DNA of 64,000 nt, from NCBI GenBank assembly GCA_008690995.1, contig VRMN01000008.1, positions 124,001-188,000 of the forward strand. The letters run 5' to 3'. This document shows positions 62,550 to 64,000 of this stretch, one piece after another; position 1 is the first letter of the stretch; each line of letters begins with the position of its first letter. A model generated the notes under the pieces. That model had not been told where the DNA came from and ran no database searches. It saw only the letters and a list, made by a program, of their open reading frames with translations. A program made the translations under genes and the position numbers. The DNA comes from Porphyridium purpureum (Eukaryota).

Positions 62550-64000
62550 ATGGCGTCGCGTCTGAGATGCGCGGCCCGCTCTTGCAGCTGTGCGAGGCCG
62601 TGGCTTTTCTCGCGCGGCGCGTTGGTCTCATCAAGTCTCTCGGGCTGGCGCCGATGCGCGTTCGAGTCGAGCCGGAAAAACACTCAAAGCCGGGAGCTGT
62701 CGAGCGCGTTTGAGAGCGCAGAGGCGCAGTGGAGGTTCCAGGTCGAGAAGGAGCTCGCGCAGACCGGCGCGCCGAGTTCTCGTAGTACCTCGGTCGACGG
62801 CATTTGTCTCAGGCCGGCTTACGGCGACGCTGCGTCTGCCGAAAGCGGTCAGTGGCCGGGTGTGCCTCCGTACAGACGCGGTCCGCACGCAAGCATGTAC
62901 GCCTCGCGGCCATGGACAATTCGCCAGTATGCCGGCTTTGGCACAGCAGAAGAGTCGAACGCGTTCTTCAAACGCGCGTTGCAGGGCGGGCAGAAGGGGC
63001 TGTCGGTCGCGTTTGATCTCGCGACACATCGCGGGTATGACTCGGACCATCCACGAGTTCAAGGCGACGTTGGGATGGCTGGTGTGGCGGTAGATGTAGT
63101 AGACGATATGAAGCGGCTGTTTGACGGCATCAAGTTGGACGAGGTCTCGGTGTCAATGACCATGAATGGCGCCGTGCTTCCTGTGCTGGCATTCTTCATT
63201 GTGGCTGCCGAAGAAAGCGGCGTGGCCCGCAGCAAGCTGAGCGGAACGGTGCAAAATGATATTTTGAAGGAGTTCATGGTGCGAAACACGTTCATCTACC
63301 CGCCGGAACCCTCGCTGCGCATCACTGGCGACATCATGGCATTCTGCACACGCGAAATGCCCAAGTTTAATACTATCAGCATTTCCGGATACCATATGCA
63401 GGAGGCTGGCGCAGACCCGTGCCTGGAATTGGCATTTACTCTTGCTGATGGCCTTGAGTATATCCGTGTGGCACGCAGTGCCGGCCTGACCGTGGACCAG
63501 TGTGCGCCGCGCCTCAGCTTCTTCTTCGGGATCGGAATGGACTTTTATGTGGAAATTGCCAAGCTCCGGGCTGCGCGCGAGCTGTGGTACACGCTTCTCA
63601 AGGAGAAGTACGGCAGCGAAATCAACAACCCGAAGTCGTATGTGCTGCGAACGCACTGTCAAACGAGTGGCTACTCGTTGACCGAGAAGGAGCCATACAA
63701 TAACGCGGTGCGTACGACAATCGAGGCGATGGCAGCTGTGTTTGGCGGCACCCAGTCGCTGCACACCAATGCGCTGGATGAGGCTATTGCGCTTCCGAGC
63801 GAATTCGCTGCCAGGCTTGCGCGGAACACGCAACTCATTCTGCAAGAAGAAACAGGCATTTGTGCTGTGGCTGACCCGTTCGGCGGCAGCTACATGATGG
63901 AAGCGCTGACCAGCGAACTGATGCTCAAGGCACGTTCTGTAATTGATCAAGTGGAGCGCGCGGGCGGAATGGCCAAGTGCGTTGCTGATGGGTGGCCCAA
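62550..64000 (+). CDS. MUT: Methylmalonyl-CoA mutase, mitochondrial-type (3'-partial)
   Basis: Not in the ORF track. Manual translation from ATG 62550 gives an R/S-rich presequence, then [51 protein letters not shown] and GGTQSLHTN. Confidence 0.96.
   Translation, partial: MASRLRCAARSCSCARPWLFSRGALVSSSLSGWRRCAFESSRKNTQSRELSSAFESAEAQWRFQVEKELAQTGAPSSRSTSVDGICLRPAYGDAASAESGQWPGVPPYRRGPHASMYASRPWTIRQYAGFGTAEESNAFFKRALQGGQKGLSVAFDLATHRGYDSDHPRVQGDVGMAGVAVDVVDDMKRLFDGIKLDEVSVSMTMNGAVLPVLAFFIVAAEESGVARSKLSGTVQNDILKEFMVRNTFIYPPEPSLRITGDIMAFCTREMPKFNTISISGYHMQEAGADPCLELAFTLADGLEYIRVARSAGLTVDQCAPRLSFFFGIGMDFYVEIAKLRAARELWYTLLKEKYGSEINNPKSYVLRTHCQTSGYSLTEKEPYNNAVRTTIEAMAAVFGGTQSLHTNALDEAIALPSEFAARLARNTQLILQEETGICAVADPFGGSYMMEALTSELMLKARSVIDQVERAGGMAKCVADGWP

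Noticed and set aside
63153..63950. 265-aa minus-strand ORF
   Set aside because: Antisense to methylmalonyl-CoA mutase.

Overview
This window is eukaryotic, gene-dense, GC-rich nuclear DNA with no intron needed to read any recognisable gene. Plastid-type N-terminal extensions (MAF.../MGAFV...), cyanobacterial-type MnmG and APE1, and an LHC-like helix point to an alga. My inference is a unicellular red alga of the Porphyridium type. I can support about 35 protein genes. Two run off the window edges and are missing from the ORF track: a GIGYF-like GYF protein on the left and methylmalonyl-CoA mutase on the right. The most notable non-ORF signal is a roughly 285-nt U1-snRNA-like gene at about 12269-12553. 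It keeps the 5' ACUUACCU, helix H, a U1-70K-like loop, an Sm site and the terminal stem-loop, but carries extra hairpins and no canonical U1A loop. Other highlights: a decayed tandem copy of an MFS transporter gene; an ACTGTAC motif enriched upstream of genes; a WD40-less MIOS/Sea4 homologue; an exomer ChAP; a zinc-ribbon+RRM protein whose putative transit peptide is one base out of frame; and Golgi-type GT77, GT61 and sulfotransferase-like genes. All calls come from reading motifs by eye; no searches were run.
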